Assembly (NCBI GenBank): GCA_030584185.1
Contig: CP129495.1
Span: 1,469,469-1,533,468 of the forward strand
From: Acidimicrobiia bacterium
Lineage (GTDB): Bacteria > Actinomycetota > Acidimicrobiia > Spongiisociales > UBA11373
Reading direction: 5' to 3'
DNA length: 64,000 nt
Below the pieces are notes generated by a model, which was not told the DNA's origin, made no database searches, and was given only the letters and a program-made list of their open reading frames with translations. The number at the start of each line of letters is the position of its first letter. Position 1 is the stretch's first letter. Shown here one piece after another: positions 50,783 through 60,648 of the stretch. Made by a program: the position numbers and the translations under genes.

Positions 50783-51142
50783 TCAGGTGATGGCGAAGAT
50801 GAGACCTGCGATCGCCACCAGGACGGTGACGATCCCCACGAGCACGGGTCCAATCGTCGAGGACTGATAGCTGTTGTCATCCAGCTGATGGTTGACACGA
50901 AGGAAGCGTGATGTGGAGGCGATGGCCGCCACGGCACCGAGGACGATGAGCGCCAGCCCCAGGATCTCGGCAGCGACCCCCTCGCTCTCGACCAGCTCGA
51001 CGGTGAGGATGCCCAGGCCGACGAAGGCCAGAGCGGTTCTCATCCAGGACAGGAAGGTTCGCTCGTTGGCGAGGTGATCCCGTGCCAGGCTACCCACGTT
51101 CTCGCGCGGCACCCCCCGGGTGATGTATCTCTTGATGCGCAC
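50783..51142 (-). CDS. DUF202 (YidH-like) small membrane protein
   Basis: LANERTFLSWMRTALAFVGLG matches the DUF202 signature, and there are three TM segments. Confidence 0.6.
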   Translation of the reverse strand: MRIKRYITRGVPRENVGSLARDHLANERTFLSWMRTALAFVGLGILTVELVESEGVAAEILGLALIVLGAVAAIASTSRFLRVNHQLDDNSYQSSTIGPVLVGIVTVLVAIAGLIFAIT

Positions 51143-51239
51143 ACCGAGACCCTACCGGGCCCACATCGTCAGTCCCGTGGTCGGTGCGCCGACGGCAGCA
51201 TCGGCTGAGCCGAAGACGCCGGCGCCGCCCCGGCAGGTC

Positions 51240-51887
51240 TCAGCCGAAGCGGTAGCCCACCGAGCGGACGGTGGCGATCCACGAGGCCCGCTCCTCGCCC
51301 AGTTTCGAGCGAAGCCGTCGCACGTGCACGTCGACTGTGCGGGCTCCGCCGTAGTAGTCATATCCCCACACCCGGTTGAGTAGTTGCTCCCGGGTCCAGA
51401 CGCGGCCGGTGTTGGTGACGAAGAACCGGAGCAGCTCGTACTCCATGAAGGTGAGGTCGATCGGCACCCCGCCGACTGCCGCCTGGTAGGTGGCCAGGTT
51501 GAGGGTGAGGTCCTTGAAGGTCACCACTTCCTCGGCCGCAGAGCCGGTGGAACCCAGGGCCAGCCGAGCGGCGCGCACCCGCACCTCGTCGGCGTCGAGC
51601 GGTCCGAGGACGAAGTCGTCGAAGGGTGCATCTGCGAGATCGAGAGTCTGCGAGCGAGCGGCCACCACGAGCACGGGAGCCGGGCAGCCCTCTGCGACCC
51701 GTCGGGCGAAGGCAAGGCCATTGGTGGGACGCTCTCCCAGTTCCACCACCACCAGGCCCCACCCCCCCTCGGGTTCCGAGTCGGTGATCGCCGACACCTC
51801 GGACACCGACACGGTGGTGAAGCCGGCAGCGCGCAGCGCCGCCACCAATGCCGGCGACGGCTCTTCGGGATGGATGGCTGCGAACAT
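51240..51887 (-). CDS. glnR: OmpR-family orphan response regulator with an atypical receiver domain, GlnR-like
   Basis: The C-terminal wHTH (LTFMEYELLRFFVTNTGRVWTREQLL...TVDVHVRRLRSKLG...VGYRF) is OmpR/PhoB type. The N-terminal ~110 aa is receiver-like but degenerate. It lies immediately downstream of glnA2 on the same strand. The start at 51887 was computed from MFAAIHPEE. Confidence 0.6.
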   Translation of the reverse strand: MFAAIHPEEPSPALVAALRAAGFTTVSVSEVSAITDSEPEGGWGLVVVELGERPTNGLAFARRVAEGCPAPVLVVAARSQTLDLADAPFDDFVLGPLDADEVRVRAARLALGSTGSAAEEVVTFKDLTLNLATYQAAVGGVPIDLTFMEYELLRFFVTNTGRVWTREQLLNRVWGYDYYGGARTVDVHVRRLRSKLGEERASWIATVRSVGYRFG

Positions 51888-51913
51888 CGGGTGCCCGTCC
51901 TCGGTGTGCACCC

Positions 51914-53242
51914 TCAGAGTATCGGCAGATACTCCTCGAGCTCGAACTTGCTCACATGGCGCTGATAGCGGTCCCACTCGGCTCGCTTGTTGCGCAGGAA
52001 CCACTCGAAGAGGTGCTCGCCGAGAGCCTCGGCGACCAGCTCCGATCTCTCCATGACGTCGAGGGCTCCGGCCAGGGTCTCGGGGATGCGCTCCACCCCG
52101 TTGGCCGTCAGTTCGTCGGCGGTGAGGGCGGAGACGTCGGAGGCGACTTCGGGGGGAAGGTCGTATCCGTTCTCGATCCCTGCCAGGCCGGCGGCGAGGA
52201 TCACCGAGAACGCCAGATACGGATTGCATGCCGGGTCGGGCGAGCGGTACTCGACGCGGGTCGAGGTCGGCTTCCCCTTCTTGGGCGTCGGAATGCGCAC
52301 CAGGGCGGACTGGTTGTTGCGGGCCCAGGTGATCCACACCGGGGCGTCGAAGCCGGTGACGAGACGCTTGTAGGAGTTGACCCACTGGTTGGTGACCGCC
52401 GTGATCTCCTGCCCATGACGCAACAGCCCGGCGATGAACCCCCGTGCCGCCTTGGAGAGCCCGTACTCGGCACCGCTCTCGTGGAAGGCGTTGCGGTCGC
52501 CTTCGAACAGCGACAGGTTGAGGTGGAGGCCGCTTCCGTCGAACTCCTGCAGTGGCTTGGGCATGAAGGTGGCGTAGATGCCGTGCTCCAGGGCCACCTC
52601 CTTGATGGCGAGGCGGGTGGTCATCAGGGCATCGGCCATGCTCAGGGCGTCGGTGTAGCGCAGGTCGATCTCGTGCTGGCTGGGTGCGACCTCGTGATGG
52701 GACGCCTCGACCGGGATCCCGAAGCTCTCCAGCGCCATGATGGTTCGGCGCCGGTACTCCTGGGCGACATCGAGCGGAGTGAGGTCGAAGTAGCCGCCCC
52801 GGTCGAGGGTCTTGGGGTCGGGGCCGGAGTCGGCGAAGTAGAAGTACTCGACCTCGGGGCCGACGTGGAACGAGTAGCCGAGGTCCGAGGCGCGCTTCAG
52901 GTTGCGCTTCAGCACCGACCTCGGATCACCCTCGAACGGCTCGCCGTCGGGAGTGGTCAGGTCGCAGAACATGCGGGCGACGCCGGCATGGTCGTCCCGC
53001 CAGGGGAGGATCTGAAAGGTGGTGGCGTCCGGGTGGGCCAGCATGTCGGCTTCCTGCACCCGGGAGAACCCGTCGATCGCCGAGCCGTCGAACTGCATCC
53101 CCTCGGCGAATGCGGTCTCCAGCTCCACGGGGGTGATGGCGAACGACTTGAGGTACCCGAGGACGTCGGTGAACCAGAGGCGGATGAAGCGGATGCCTCG
53201 TTCCTCCACCGTGCGCAGCACGTACTCCTGCTGTTTGGCCAT
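51914..53242 (-). CDS. glnA2: Glutamine synthetase, GlnA2-type
   Basis: It has the internal start MAKQQEY with a GGAGG RBS, and the GS beta-grasp and catalytic domains (FDGSAIDGF, GPEVEYFYF, NQWVNSYKRL). Confidence 0.9.
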   Translation of the reverse strand: MAKQQEYVLRTVEERGIRFIRLWFTDVLGYLKSFAITPVELETAFAEGMQFDGSAIDGFSRVQEADMLAHPDATTFQILPWRDDHAGVARMFCDLTTPDGEPFEGDPRSVLKRNLKRASDLGYSFHVGPEVEYFYFADSGPDPKTLDRGGYFDLTPLDVAQEYRRRTIMALESFGIPVEASHHEVAPSQHEIDLRYTDALSMADALMTTRLAIKEVALEHGIYATFMPKPLQEFDGSGLHLNLSLFEGDRNAFHESGAEYGLSKAARGFIAGLLRHGQEITAVTNQWVNSYKRLVTGFDAPVWITWARNNQSALVRIPTPKKGKPTSTRVEYRSPDPACNPYLAFSVILAAGLAGIENGYDLPPEVASDVSALTADELTANGVERIPETLAGALDVMERSELVAEALGEHLFEWFLRNKRAEWDRYQRHVSKFELEEYLPIL

Positions 53243-53307
53243 GGTCGTTCCTCCGGCGGGGCATGGTACGGACAAGGCGGCCCGGTGAGAAGAGGCCGCG
53301 GCGCCCG

Positions 53308-53362
53308 GAAACAGAGCGTTAACAATCCGGCAACTGCGCCGTAACCGCCCGTGGGTAGAAAC
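53308..53362. promoter_or_regulatory. Putative GlnR-box-like array: NNAAC pentamers phased every 11 bp in the glnA2/glnA divergent intergenic region
   Basis: GAAAC(53308)-n6-TTAAC(53319)-n6-GCAAC(53330)-n6-GTAAC(53341), with a further GAAAC at 53358. Compare the actinobacterial GlnR consensus gTnAc-n6-GaAAc. Confidence 0.4.
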
Positions 53363-53396
53363 GGTGCGACCGTTGAGATGTCGATTGGAGGAACCC

Positions 53397-54818
53397 ATGG
53401 CCGGAGCCAAGGACGTAGTGCGGCGGCTCGCCGACGGCGATTACGAGTTCGTCGATCTCAGGTTCTGCGACCTGCCCGGACAGGTGCAGCACTTCACGGT
53501 CCCCGCCTCGGAGGTCGACGAGGACGCCTTCGTGGAGGGCTTCGGCTTCGACGGCTCCTCCATCCGTGGGTTTCAGGAGATCCAGGAGTCCGACATGCTC
53601 CTGATCCCCGACCCCGACACCGCCGTGGACGACGCGTTTCGCGATCGGCGCACCCTGATCCTCTACTGCTGGGTGCGCGATCCGGTCACCGGCCAGCCCT
53701 ATGACAAGGATCCCCGCTACGTGGCCGCCAAGGCCGAGGCCTACCTCAAGGCGACCGGCCTCGCCGACGTCTCCTACTGGGGCCCTGAGGCCGAGTTCTA
53801 CATCTTCGACTCGGCCCGGTACCACCAGGATCAGAACTCGGCGTTCTACGAGGTCGACTCGGTGGAGGGGGCCTGGAACTCGGGCGTCGACGAGGAGGGG
53901 GGCAACCTGGCGTACAAGCCCCGCTACAAGGAGGGGTACTTCCCGGTGCCTCCCACCGACCACTTCCAGGATCTGCGGTCCGAGATGTCGGCGCGGTTGA
54001 AGGAGGCCGGGATCCATGTCGAGGTGCAGCACCACGAGGTGGGGACCGCCGGCCAGGCCGAGATCGACATCCGCTACGGCCCGCTGCTGCAGACCGCCGA
54101 CAAGGTGACCCTGTTCAAGTACATCGTGAAGAACACCGCCTGGCAGCACGGCAAGACGGTGACCTTCATGCCCAAGCCGATCTTCCAGGACAACGGCTCG
54201 GGTATGCACACCCATCAGAGCCTTTGGCTGGACGGCAAGCCGCTGTTCTACGACGAGAAGGGCTACGCCGGTCTCTCCGACATGGCCCGGTACTACATCG
54301 GAGGGCTTCTCCACCACGCTCCGGCCTTGCTGGCGCTGGCGGCGCCGACCACGAACTCCTACCGGCGGCTGGTGCCGGGGTACGAGGCCCCGGTGAACCT
54401 GGTGTACAGCCAGCGCAACCGGTCGGCGGCGATCCGGATCCCGGTGTACAGCCGCAAGCCGGCACTGAAGCGGCTCGAGTTCCGCTGCCCCGACCCATCC
54501 TGCAACCCGTACCTGGCCTTCGCCGCCATGCTGATGGCAGGCCTGGACGGGATCGCCAACAAGATGGACCCGGGGGCGCCTGTGGACAAGGACCTCTACG
54601 ACCTTCCTCCCGAGGAGATGGCAAGGGTTCCGATGGTTCCGGGGTCGCTGGAGGACGCCCTCGACGCCCTCGAAGCGGACCACGACTTCCTGCTGGTGGG
54701 CGACGTGTTCACCGAGGAGCTGATCGAGGACTGGATCGCCTACAAGCGGCGCCATGAGCTCGACGCCGTCCGGCTCCGCCCCCACCCCTGGGAGTTCATG
54801 CTCTACTACGACTGCTGA
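53397..54818 (+). CDS. glnA: Glutamine synthetase type I (GSI-beta), with an adenylylation-site Tyr
   Basis: It has the start MAGAKDVV with a GGAGG RBS and the canonical GSI motifs ([40 protein letters not shown]-like [10 protein letters not shown]). Confidence 0.95.
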   Translation: MAGAKDVVRRLADGDYEFVDLRFCDLPGQVQHFTVPASEVDEDAFVEGFGFDGSSIRGFQEIQESDMLLIPDPDTAVDDAFRDRRTLILYCWVRDPVTGQPYDKDPRYVAAKAEAYLKATGLADVSYWGPEAEFYIFDSARYHQDQNSAFYEVDSVEGAWNSGVDEEGGNLAYKPRYKEGYFPVPPTDHFQDLRSEMSARLKEAGIHVEVQHHEVGTAGQAEIDIRYGPLLQTADKVTLFKYIVKNTAWQHGKTVTFMPKPIFQDNGSGMHTHQSLWLDGKPLFYDEKGYAGLSDMARYYIGGLLHHAPALLALAAPTTNSYRRLVPGYEAPVNLVYSQRNRSAAIRIPVYSRKPALKRLEFRCPDPSCNPYLAFAAMLMAGLDGIANKMDPGAPVDKDLYDLPPEEMARVPMVPGSLEDALDALEADHDFLLVGDVFTEELIEDWIAYKRRHELDAVRLRPHPWEFMLYYDC

Positions 54819-54888
54819 GGCCGGCTGCGGTCGAGCGGCGGCGTTAGCCTCCCCTGCGAGCACCCGCCCCGGGGCGCGGAGGTGACCT

Positions 54889-55962
54889 TTGCGGATTCCC
54901 ATCTCGCTGCTGCTGGCGATTTCTGCCTTCGGGGTGGCCCTGGTGGCCACGCCGCTGGTGATGGTCCTGGCCCGACGGATCGGGGCTGTGGATCGACCCG
55001 GCCCGCGGCGGGTGCACACCAAGCCCATCCCCACGGCGGGCGGCCTGGCGGCGGCGATCGCCGTGCTCGGCGTCGCCTGGGGGGCGCGGTTGGTGTCGGA
55101 GCGGATCCGTGAACTCGACACCCGGCCCCTCATCGGGCTGACGCTCGCCGCCGTGGTGATCCTGATCCTGGGCCTGGTCGACGACGTGAAGGGGGTGCGG
55201 CCCTGGTGGAAGATCGCCGGGGTGGTCGCGGCGGCGGTGGTGCTGTACGCCTACGGCTACGGGATTCCCCTGATCTCCAACCCGTTCGGCGATGCGATCG
55301 GTTCCGGCGTGTTCAACCTGCCGCTGACGATCGGCTGGGTTCTGGTGGTGGTGAACGCCATCAACCTGATCGATGGGCTCGACGGACTGGCCACCGGGGT
55401 GGTGCTGATCGCCTCGTCGGCGATGTGGTTCGCCGGGCGTACCAACGGCGACCTCTACGTGATGTTTCTCACCGCCTTGGTGATCGGGGCCACTGCCGGG
55501 TTCCTGCGCTTCAACTTCCCCCCCGCCCGGGTGTTCATGGGTGACACCGGCAGCCAGTTCCTCGGTCTGGTGCTGGCGGCGGTGGCGCTGCTGGAGAACC
55601 AGAAGGGGACGGCCGCGGTCACCCTGCTCTTCCCACTGGTCGCCTTCGCCGTTCCGGTGGCCGACTCGGTGATCGCCTTCCTCAGACGCGCCTTCGGCGG
55701 TGGGTCGGTGTTTCGCGCCGATGCCGAGCACATCCACCATCGGCTGCTGCGCTTGGGCCTGTCCCAGAAGCACGTCGTGTTCGCACTGTGGTTCCTGAGT
55801 GCCTACTGCGCCGTCATGGCCGTGATCCTGGCCACACTGGAGCCGGGGCTGGCCGTGGTGCTCGCATTGTTCCTGGGCGTGGGGATCTTCTTCGCCTTCA
55901 AGGCGCTCGACTTCCTCGATCGGCAGCTCTCGGGCGGTTCCCGGACAACTCGAGCGGATTGA
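54889..55962 (+). CDS. Glycosyltransferase family 4 polyprenyl-phosphate sugar-1-phosphate transferase (MraY/WecA/WbpL family)
   Basis: The motifs DDxxD (LVDDVKG), NAINLIDGLDGLA and VFMGDTGSQFLG are present, with 10-11 TM helices. Confidence 0.85.
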   Translation: MRIPISLLLAISAFGVALVATPLVMVLARRIGAVDRPGPRRVHTKPIPTAGGLAAAIAVLGVAWGARLVSERIRELDTRPLIGLTLAAVVILILGLVDDVKGVRPWWKIAGVVAAAVVLYAYGYGIPLISNPFGDAIGSGVFNLPLTIGWVLVVVNAINLIDGLDGLATGVVLIASSAMWFAGRTNGDLYVMFLTALVIGATAGFLRFNFPPARVFMGDTGSQFLGLVLAAVALLENQKGTAAVTLLFPLVAFAVPVADSVIAFLRRAFGGGSVFRADAEHIHHRLLRLGLSQKHVVFALWFLSAYCAVMAVILATLEPGLAVVLALFLGVGIFFAFKALDFLDRQLSGGSRTTRAD

Positions 55963-55972
55963 CCGGGAGGGC

Positions 55973-56656
55973 CTAGCCCTCGGTCGTGCTGCTGCTGCTG
56001 GTGTCCCCGCCGGTCGTGCTGGTGGTCGAGGAGTCGACGGTGCCGCCCTGAGCGACGATTCGGAGGTCGGCGATGGCGTCGAGCACCTGCTGCACCTCGA
56101 CCTTGAACTCCTCCACGGCGGCACGCCGCTGGGTGCCATCGTCGGGGGCCTCCAACCCGAGGACGATGTCCCCCACCTTGGCCGACAGGTCGGACACCTG
56201 GACGATCAGGTCGACGTGGGCCTGAGCCAGGAGGGTGGGCACGCCGGCCACTTCGGTCACCGTGTTCTCCCACTCGTCCAACTGGGTCTGCAGCTCGAGG
56301 AACCTCGTGCGAGCCTGGGCGTAGGTGAGCCCGGTGTTGATCCGGTCCTCCCAGTCGGTGTTCACCTGGAGGACCTGGTCGCGGTATGCGGTCGCCTGGT
56401 TCTCGAACACGTCGACGGTGGCCATGAAGGCTGCGATGTCCGCCGGCAGCGTCGTGGTGGAGCTGGCGGAGTCGGTCGGGAACGGAGGCTCGGCATCGGT
56501 CGTGCCCGTCGGATCCGTTGCCGGTTCCAGCGAGTTCACGAAGGTGTAGGTGAGGATCACCATGGCCGCGATGATCAGCGGCAGGATCCATCGACCGTGT
56601 CTCGGGTCTTCGATCACCATTTCCGGGGAAACGGTAGTCGCCAGTCGGGCATGCAC
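55973..56656 (-). CDS. Hypothetical membrane-anchored protein with a Ser/Thr-rich C-terminus
   Basis: It has a single N-terminal TM (WILPLIIAAMVILTYTF), a coiled-coil-like middle and an STTSTTGGDTSSSSTT tail. I see no recognisable domain. Confidence 0.45.
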   Translation of the reverse strand: MHARLATTVSPEMVIEDPRHGRWILPLIIAAMVILTYTFVNSLEPATDPTGTTDAEPPFPTDSASSTTTLPADIAAFMATVDVFENQATAYRDQVLQVNTDWEDRINTGLTYAQARTRFLELQTQLDEWENTVTEVAGVPTLLAQAHVDLIVQVSDLSAKVGDIVLGLEAPDDGTQRRAAVEEFKVEVQQVLDAIADLRIVAQGGTVDSSTTSTTGGDTSSSSTTEG

Positions 56657-56679
56657 CGCGTAGCGGCGGGCTGGCTAGC

Positions 56680-57411
56680 GTGACATCCATGGAGCTGCAG
56701 GGTGTCACCGCACTGGTCACCGGGGCCGGTCGTCGGGTCGGTAGGGCCATCGCACTGGGGCTCGCCGGCGCCGGCGCCAACCTGGTGGTCCACTACAACC
56801 GCTCCGCCGACGAGGCGGAGGAGGTGGCCGGCGAGATCCGCAGCCTGGGGGTGGAGGCGACCACCGTAGGCGGCGATCTCGGCGGCGAGGCGGCGGCGGT
56901 GATGGCGGGCGCAGGCCCGCTGGCACCGGTGCGGGTGCTGGTGAACAGCGCCGCATCGTTCCCTGACGACACGCTCATGGACGTGGATCGAGACGGATGG
57001 GACCGGACCTTGGCGGTGAACCTGACCGGTCCCGTGTTCCTCACCCAGGCGTTCGCCGCTGCACTGCCTTCCGACGCCGAGGGGGCGGTGGTCAACATCA
57101 CCGACTGGCGGACCTCTCGGCCTTATCGGGATCACTTCTCCTACACGGTGGCCAAGGGGGCGCTGGACACCTTCACCCTGGCTGCGGCAGAGGCGCTCGC
57201 CCCCCGCATCCGGGTGAACGCCGTCGCCCTGGGTGCCATCCTGCCTCCCCCCGGGCGCGACTCGGCCTACCTCAGGGAACTGGCCCGGGAGATCCCGGTG
57301 CAGCGGGTGGGGGGCACCGAGCCGGTGGTGGCGGCGGTGCTGGCGCTGCTCGCCAACGACTTCATCACCGGGGAGATCCTGCGGGTCGATGGCGGGGCAC
57401 ATCTCAGGTAG
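56680..57411 (+). CDS. SDR-family oxidoreductase (pteridine reductase/FolM-like by context)
   Basis: It has the Rossmann motif TGAGRRVG and the catalytic YxxxK (YTVAKGA). It is immediately upstream of folB-folK-folE. Confidence 0.8.
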   Translation: MTSMELQGVTALVTGAGRRVGRAIALGLAGAGANLVVHYNRSADEAEEVAGEIRSLGVEATTVGGDLGGEAAAVMAGAGPLAPVRVLVNSAASFPDDTLMDVDRDGWDRTLAVNLTGPVFLTQAFAAALPSDAEGAVVNITDWRTSRPYRDHFSYTVAKGALDTFTLAAAEALAPRIRVNAVALGAILPPPGRDSAYLRELAREIPVQRVGGTEPVVAAVLALLANDFITGEILRVDGGAHLR

Positions 57412-57449
57412 CCCGGTGTTGCACGGGCGCCCCCGGTAGCCTCGTCGCC

Positions 57450-57809
57450 ATGGACCGTATCGTGATCCGGGACCTGCTGGTGCGCGGCATCGTGGGGATC
57501 AACCCGGAGGAGCGCAAGAACCGCCAGGACATCGTGGTCAACCTGACCATGTGGGCCGACATCGCCGACGCCGCCCGCAGCGACGACATCGCCGACGCGG
57601 TCAACTACCGGACGGTGGCGAAGCGGATCCTGGAGCACGTCGAGCAGGGATCGCCGATGCTGGTGGAACGTCTCGCCTCGGAGATCGCCGGGATCTGCTT
57701 CGACATGGACGAACGGGTGGCCGAGGTGGAGGTGTCGGTGGAGAAGCCGGGCGCCCTGCGCTTCGCCCGCTCGGTGGGGGTGGTGTTGCGCCGGGAGCGT
57801 CCCCAATGA
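57450..57809 (+). CDS. folB: 7,8-dihydroneopterin aldolase
   Basis: It has the internal start [26 protein letters not shown]. It is 119 aa and its stop overlaps the folK start (ATGA). Confidence 0.9.
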   Translation: MDRIVIRDLLVRGIVGINPEERKNRQDIVVNLTMWADIADAARSDDIADAVNYRTVAKRILEHVEQGSPMLVERLASEIAGICFDMDERVAEVEVSVEKPGALRFARSVGVVLRRERPQ

Positions 57810-58906
57810 CGCGGGCCGTGATCGCCCTGGGGAGCAACGTGGACCCGGACCGCAATCTGCCGGTGGCGCTGGCACGGCTCCGGCATCGCCGCGACCTAGT
57901 GGTCCTGGACCAGAGTCCCTGCTACCGCTCCGAGGCGGTGGGGAGTGACGGTCCCGACTTCATGAACGCCGCAGCCCTGGTGGAGACTCCGCTCGATCCG
58001 GTGCAGCTGCGTTCGGTGCTGCGCTCAATCGAGGCGGAGATGGGCCGGGAGCGCACCGAGGATCGCAACGCCCCCCGTCCCATCGACCTCGACATCGTCC
58101 TCTACGAGGGGTTCGAGGGGGAGATCGAGGGCACCGAGATCCCTGATCCCGACTTGGCCACCCTGGCCCATGTGGCGGTGCCGGCCGCCGATGTCGCTCC
58201 CGACTGGGAATACCCGGGGCCGGGTTCGACCTTGAAAGCCATCTCGGAGAGGTTCCGTCGAGAGATCGAGGTGTGCATGACAACCGGGATCGTCCGCATC
58301 AACGGCCGCTACGCCACCGAGCAGGGGATGGAGGCGACCTCCAACGAGGTCTACGACCCCGAGATGGAGGAGATCGTCGGCCGGATGCTGATCCAGCTCG
58401 GCGAGGACCCGGAGCGCGAGGGCCTGGTGCGCACCCCGTTGCGGGTGGCCAAGGCCATGGACTTCCTCACCAGCGGCTACGTCGGGTCCCTGGAGGAGGT
58501 GGTGAACAACGCCATCTTCGAGAGCGACTCCGACGAGATGGTCCTGGTCAAGGACGTCGAGTTCTACTCGCTGTGCGAGCACCACATGCTGCCGTTCTTC
58601 GGCAGGGCGCACGTCGCCTACATGCCGAACAAGCGGATCATCGGGCTGAGCAAGATCGCCCGGATCGTGGACCTGTTCGCCCGGCGCCTGCAGGTTCAGG
58701 AGCGTCTCACCAATCAGGTGGCCGACGCCATCGAGGAGGTGCTCGACCCCCATGGTGTGGCGGTGGTGATGGAGGGGAGCCACTTCTGCATGATGATGCG
58801 CGGTGTCCAGAAGCAGGGTTCTTCGATGGTGACCTCGGCGATGCGGGGCGGGTTCAAGACCAACCCGCTGTCGCGTTCGGAGTTCATGGGCCTGATCAAG
58901 GCCTGA
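57806..58906 (+). CDS. folK-folE: Bifunctional fusion: 6-hydroxymethyl-7,8-dihydropterin pyrophosphokinase (FolK) + GTP cyclohydrolase I (FolE)
   Basis: It is a single in-frame ORF with no stop. The N-terminal ~158 aa is HPPK ([12 protein letters not shown]...PIDLDIVLY...DWEYPGPG). The C-terminal ~200 aa is GTP-CH-I ([12 protein letters not shown]...CEHHMLPF...[10 protein letters not shown]). I confirmed the junction codon by codon around 58250-58290. Confidence 0.8.
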   Translation: MTRAVIALGSNVDPDRNLPVALARLRHRRDLVVLDQSPCYRSEAVGSDGPDFMNAAALVETPLDPVQLRSVLRSIEAEMGRERTEDRNAPRPIDLDIVLYEGFEGEIEGTEIPDPDLATLAHVAVPAADVAPDWEYPGPGSTLKAISERFRREIEVCMTTGIVRINGRYATEQGMEATSNEVYDPEMEEIVGRMLIQLGEDPEREGLVRTPLRVAKAMDFLTSGYVGSLEEVVNNAIFESDSDEMVLVKDVEFYSLCEHHMLPFFGRAHVAYMPNKRIIGLSKIARIVDLFARRLQVQERLTNQVADAIEEVLDPHGVAVVMEGSHFCMMMRGVQKQGSSMVTSAMRGGFKTNPLSRSEFMGLIKA

Positions 58907-59040
58907 TCATCGACCCCCTTGAGGGTGGTCTCGTGGGGCGATAGGTTCCGCATACAGCCACGCCCCTGACGGGGCTCGGCGCTTCCCTGGACCGTGCGGT
59001 CCGCCGTCGCCCCCGTGGGCCCGAGTCACCGGGGAGCCGC

Positions 59041-59895
59041 ATGCCGGGTATCGACGTCGACGAGCGCGAGGACATGGAGCACGTTCCCTGGGCCGATCTG
59101 ATGGCCCAGGTGGAGCCGGAGGATCGGCGTCGCAAGGCGCTGTATCAGGCCGCCGGGTTTCTGGGGGCGCTGGTGGTGGGGGTGATCGTGGCCCGTTCCT
59201 GGTGGGCGGCCCCGGTGCCGCCGGTTCCGATCGCCCCGGGGACCACGATCGTGCCTGCCGAGGGGTCGGGGGGCACCACGCCGACCCTTCCCCTGTACAG
59301 CGAGGCGGACCTGATGGCCGACCCGCCCGACCCCTCAGCCCGGGCCGCCATCACCAGGGCCGAGTGGTTCGTCACCGACTTCTTCACTGCGGATCTGGAA
59401 CCTTCGGGGTCGGCGGAGGTGCGTGCCGCCCTGCCGGGCTGGGTGACCGCCGATCTGGCCCAGGAGGGGTCGGACTCGGTGTCCTACGTGGAGTGGGCGA
59501 GGGCGTTTCGCGTCGAGGAGGCAGGTGGGGGCCTGTACCGGGTGGCGGTGGCGTTCCGTGCGTTGGGGGCACCTCCGGATCGGGGGTTCACCCGTCTTCC
59601 GGTGCGGGCTGTGGAGGTGCTGGTGGCCGTGGGTGAGGACGGGGGCACCACGGTGGTCGACCTGCCCGAGCCGGTGGCGTTGCCGCCGGGCCCGGAGCCG
59701 GAGGAGCCGGGTTGGGTGGAGGGGTCCCCTCCGCAGTCGGTGGTGGATGCGGTGTCGGCCAGGGCTTCGGTGTGGGGGAGCGAGCCGCGGATCCTGTCGG
59801 CGGTGCATCTCGATGGCGATTGGCGGGTGGTGGTGTCGGTGGCCGACGCCGTGGGCCTGCGCTGGCCGCTGGCGATGCGGGTGGCCGAGGGGTGA
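59041..59895 (+). CDS. Hypothetical membrane-anchored/secreted protein
   Basis: It is a 284-aa ORF with one TM near residue 40 (ALYQAAGFLGALVVGVIV) and no recognisable motif. The GC3 pattern is coding-like. Confidence 0.45.
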   Translation: MPGIDVDEREDMEHVPWADLMAQVEPEDRRRKALYQAAGFLGALVVGVIVARSWWAAPVPPVPIAPGTTIVPAEGSGGTTPTLPLYSEADLMADPPDPSARAAITRAEWFVTDFFTADLEPSGSAEVRAALPGWVTADLAQEGSDSVSYVEWARAFRVEEAGGGLYRVAVAFRALGAPPDRGFTRLPVRAVEVLVAVGEDGGTTVVDLPEPVALPPGPEPEEPGWVEGSPPQSVVDAVSARASVWGSEPRILSAVHLDGDWRVVVSVADAVGLRWPLAMRVAEG

Positions 59896-59900
59896 GGCCC

Positions 59901-60401
59901 TCACACGAACAGCTGCACGTCGGCATCGGCGGCGAAGTCGAGGAAGGCGGCCGCACCTGCGATCTCGCACCCCGGGATCAGGTCCTCCGCCTCGACCCCC
60001 ATCACCCCCATGGTCGTGGCGCAGGCGAAGAAGCGAACCCCGAGGCCCTGGGCCATCTCGATGAACTCGGGTACCTGCGGCATCCGGGACCGCCGCATCC
60101 ACCGCTTGAGCATCCCGGTGGCGCCGGCCGTGGCCCCGGGGAGCGCTCCGAGAAGGGTCGGTACCCGGATGGGGCCCGCCGGGTTCCCCACCGCAGCCGC
60201 CTTCAGCCGGCGATGCCGCTTGGCGTGCAGGATGTCGAGGCCGTGGAAGGTGAAGTACACCCCTGCCTCCCATCCCATGCTGGCGGCCGTGGTGGCCAGG
60301 ATCAGCGGGGGGTAGGCCTGGTCGAGGGTGCCCTTCGACGCCACCAGGGCTATCCGTCTGCGACCGACCGGGCCGCCTTCGCCTGCGGGCTGGTCGACCA
60401 T
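59901..60401 (-). CDS. DsrE/DsrF-like sulfur-relay family protein
   Basis: It has the internal start MVDQPAGEGG, and RIALVASKGTLDQAYPPLILATTAASMG...FFACATTM matches the DsrE_2 family. Its start overlaps the TusA stop (TGATG). Confidence 0.7.
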   Translation of the reverse strand: MVDQPAGEGGPVGRRRIALVASKGTLDQAYPPLILATTAASMGWEAGVYFTFHGLDILHAKRHRRLKAAAVGNPAGPIRVPTLLGALPGATAGATGMLKRWMRRSRMPQVPEFIEMAQGLGVRFFACATTMGVMGVEAEDLIPGCEIAGAAAFLDFAADADVQLFV

Positions 60402-60634
60402 CACGCAGCCCCCTTCTCGATGCGGAACACCTGGGTGTCGCCCCGGTCCTCCGCCGAGACCAGGCGGTCGCCGCGCTGTCGCGCCATCGCCGGGATGTCC
60501 TCGAGGGCCCCGGGGTCGGTGGTGATCAGCTCCAGCACCTCGCCGGGGCTCATCCGGCCGAGCGCCAGTCCCGCCTTGTACACCGGCAGCGGGCACAGCA
60601 GCCCGGAGGCGTCCAGGGTCGTGGTTTCGGTCAT
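60401..60634 (-). CDS. tusA: TusA-like sulfurtransferase (SirA/YedF/YeeD)
   Basis: It is a 77-aa ORF with LDASGLLCPLPVYKAGLAL, containing the CPxP active-site motif. Confidence 0.85.
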   Translation of the reverse strand: MTETTTLDASGLLCPLPVYKAGLALGRMSPGEVLELITTDPGALEDIPAMARQRGDRLVSAEDRGDTQVFRIEKGAA

Positions 60635-60648
60635 GCCTCTCTCTCCTC

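Noticed and set aside
57551-58906. 451-aa ORF suggesting a FolB-FolK-FolE triple fusion
   Set aside because: The first 85 aa are an alternate-frame read of folB, which has its own frame and a stop at 57809. The fusion begins at the ATG at 57806 and comprises FolK and FolE only.
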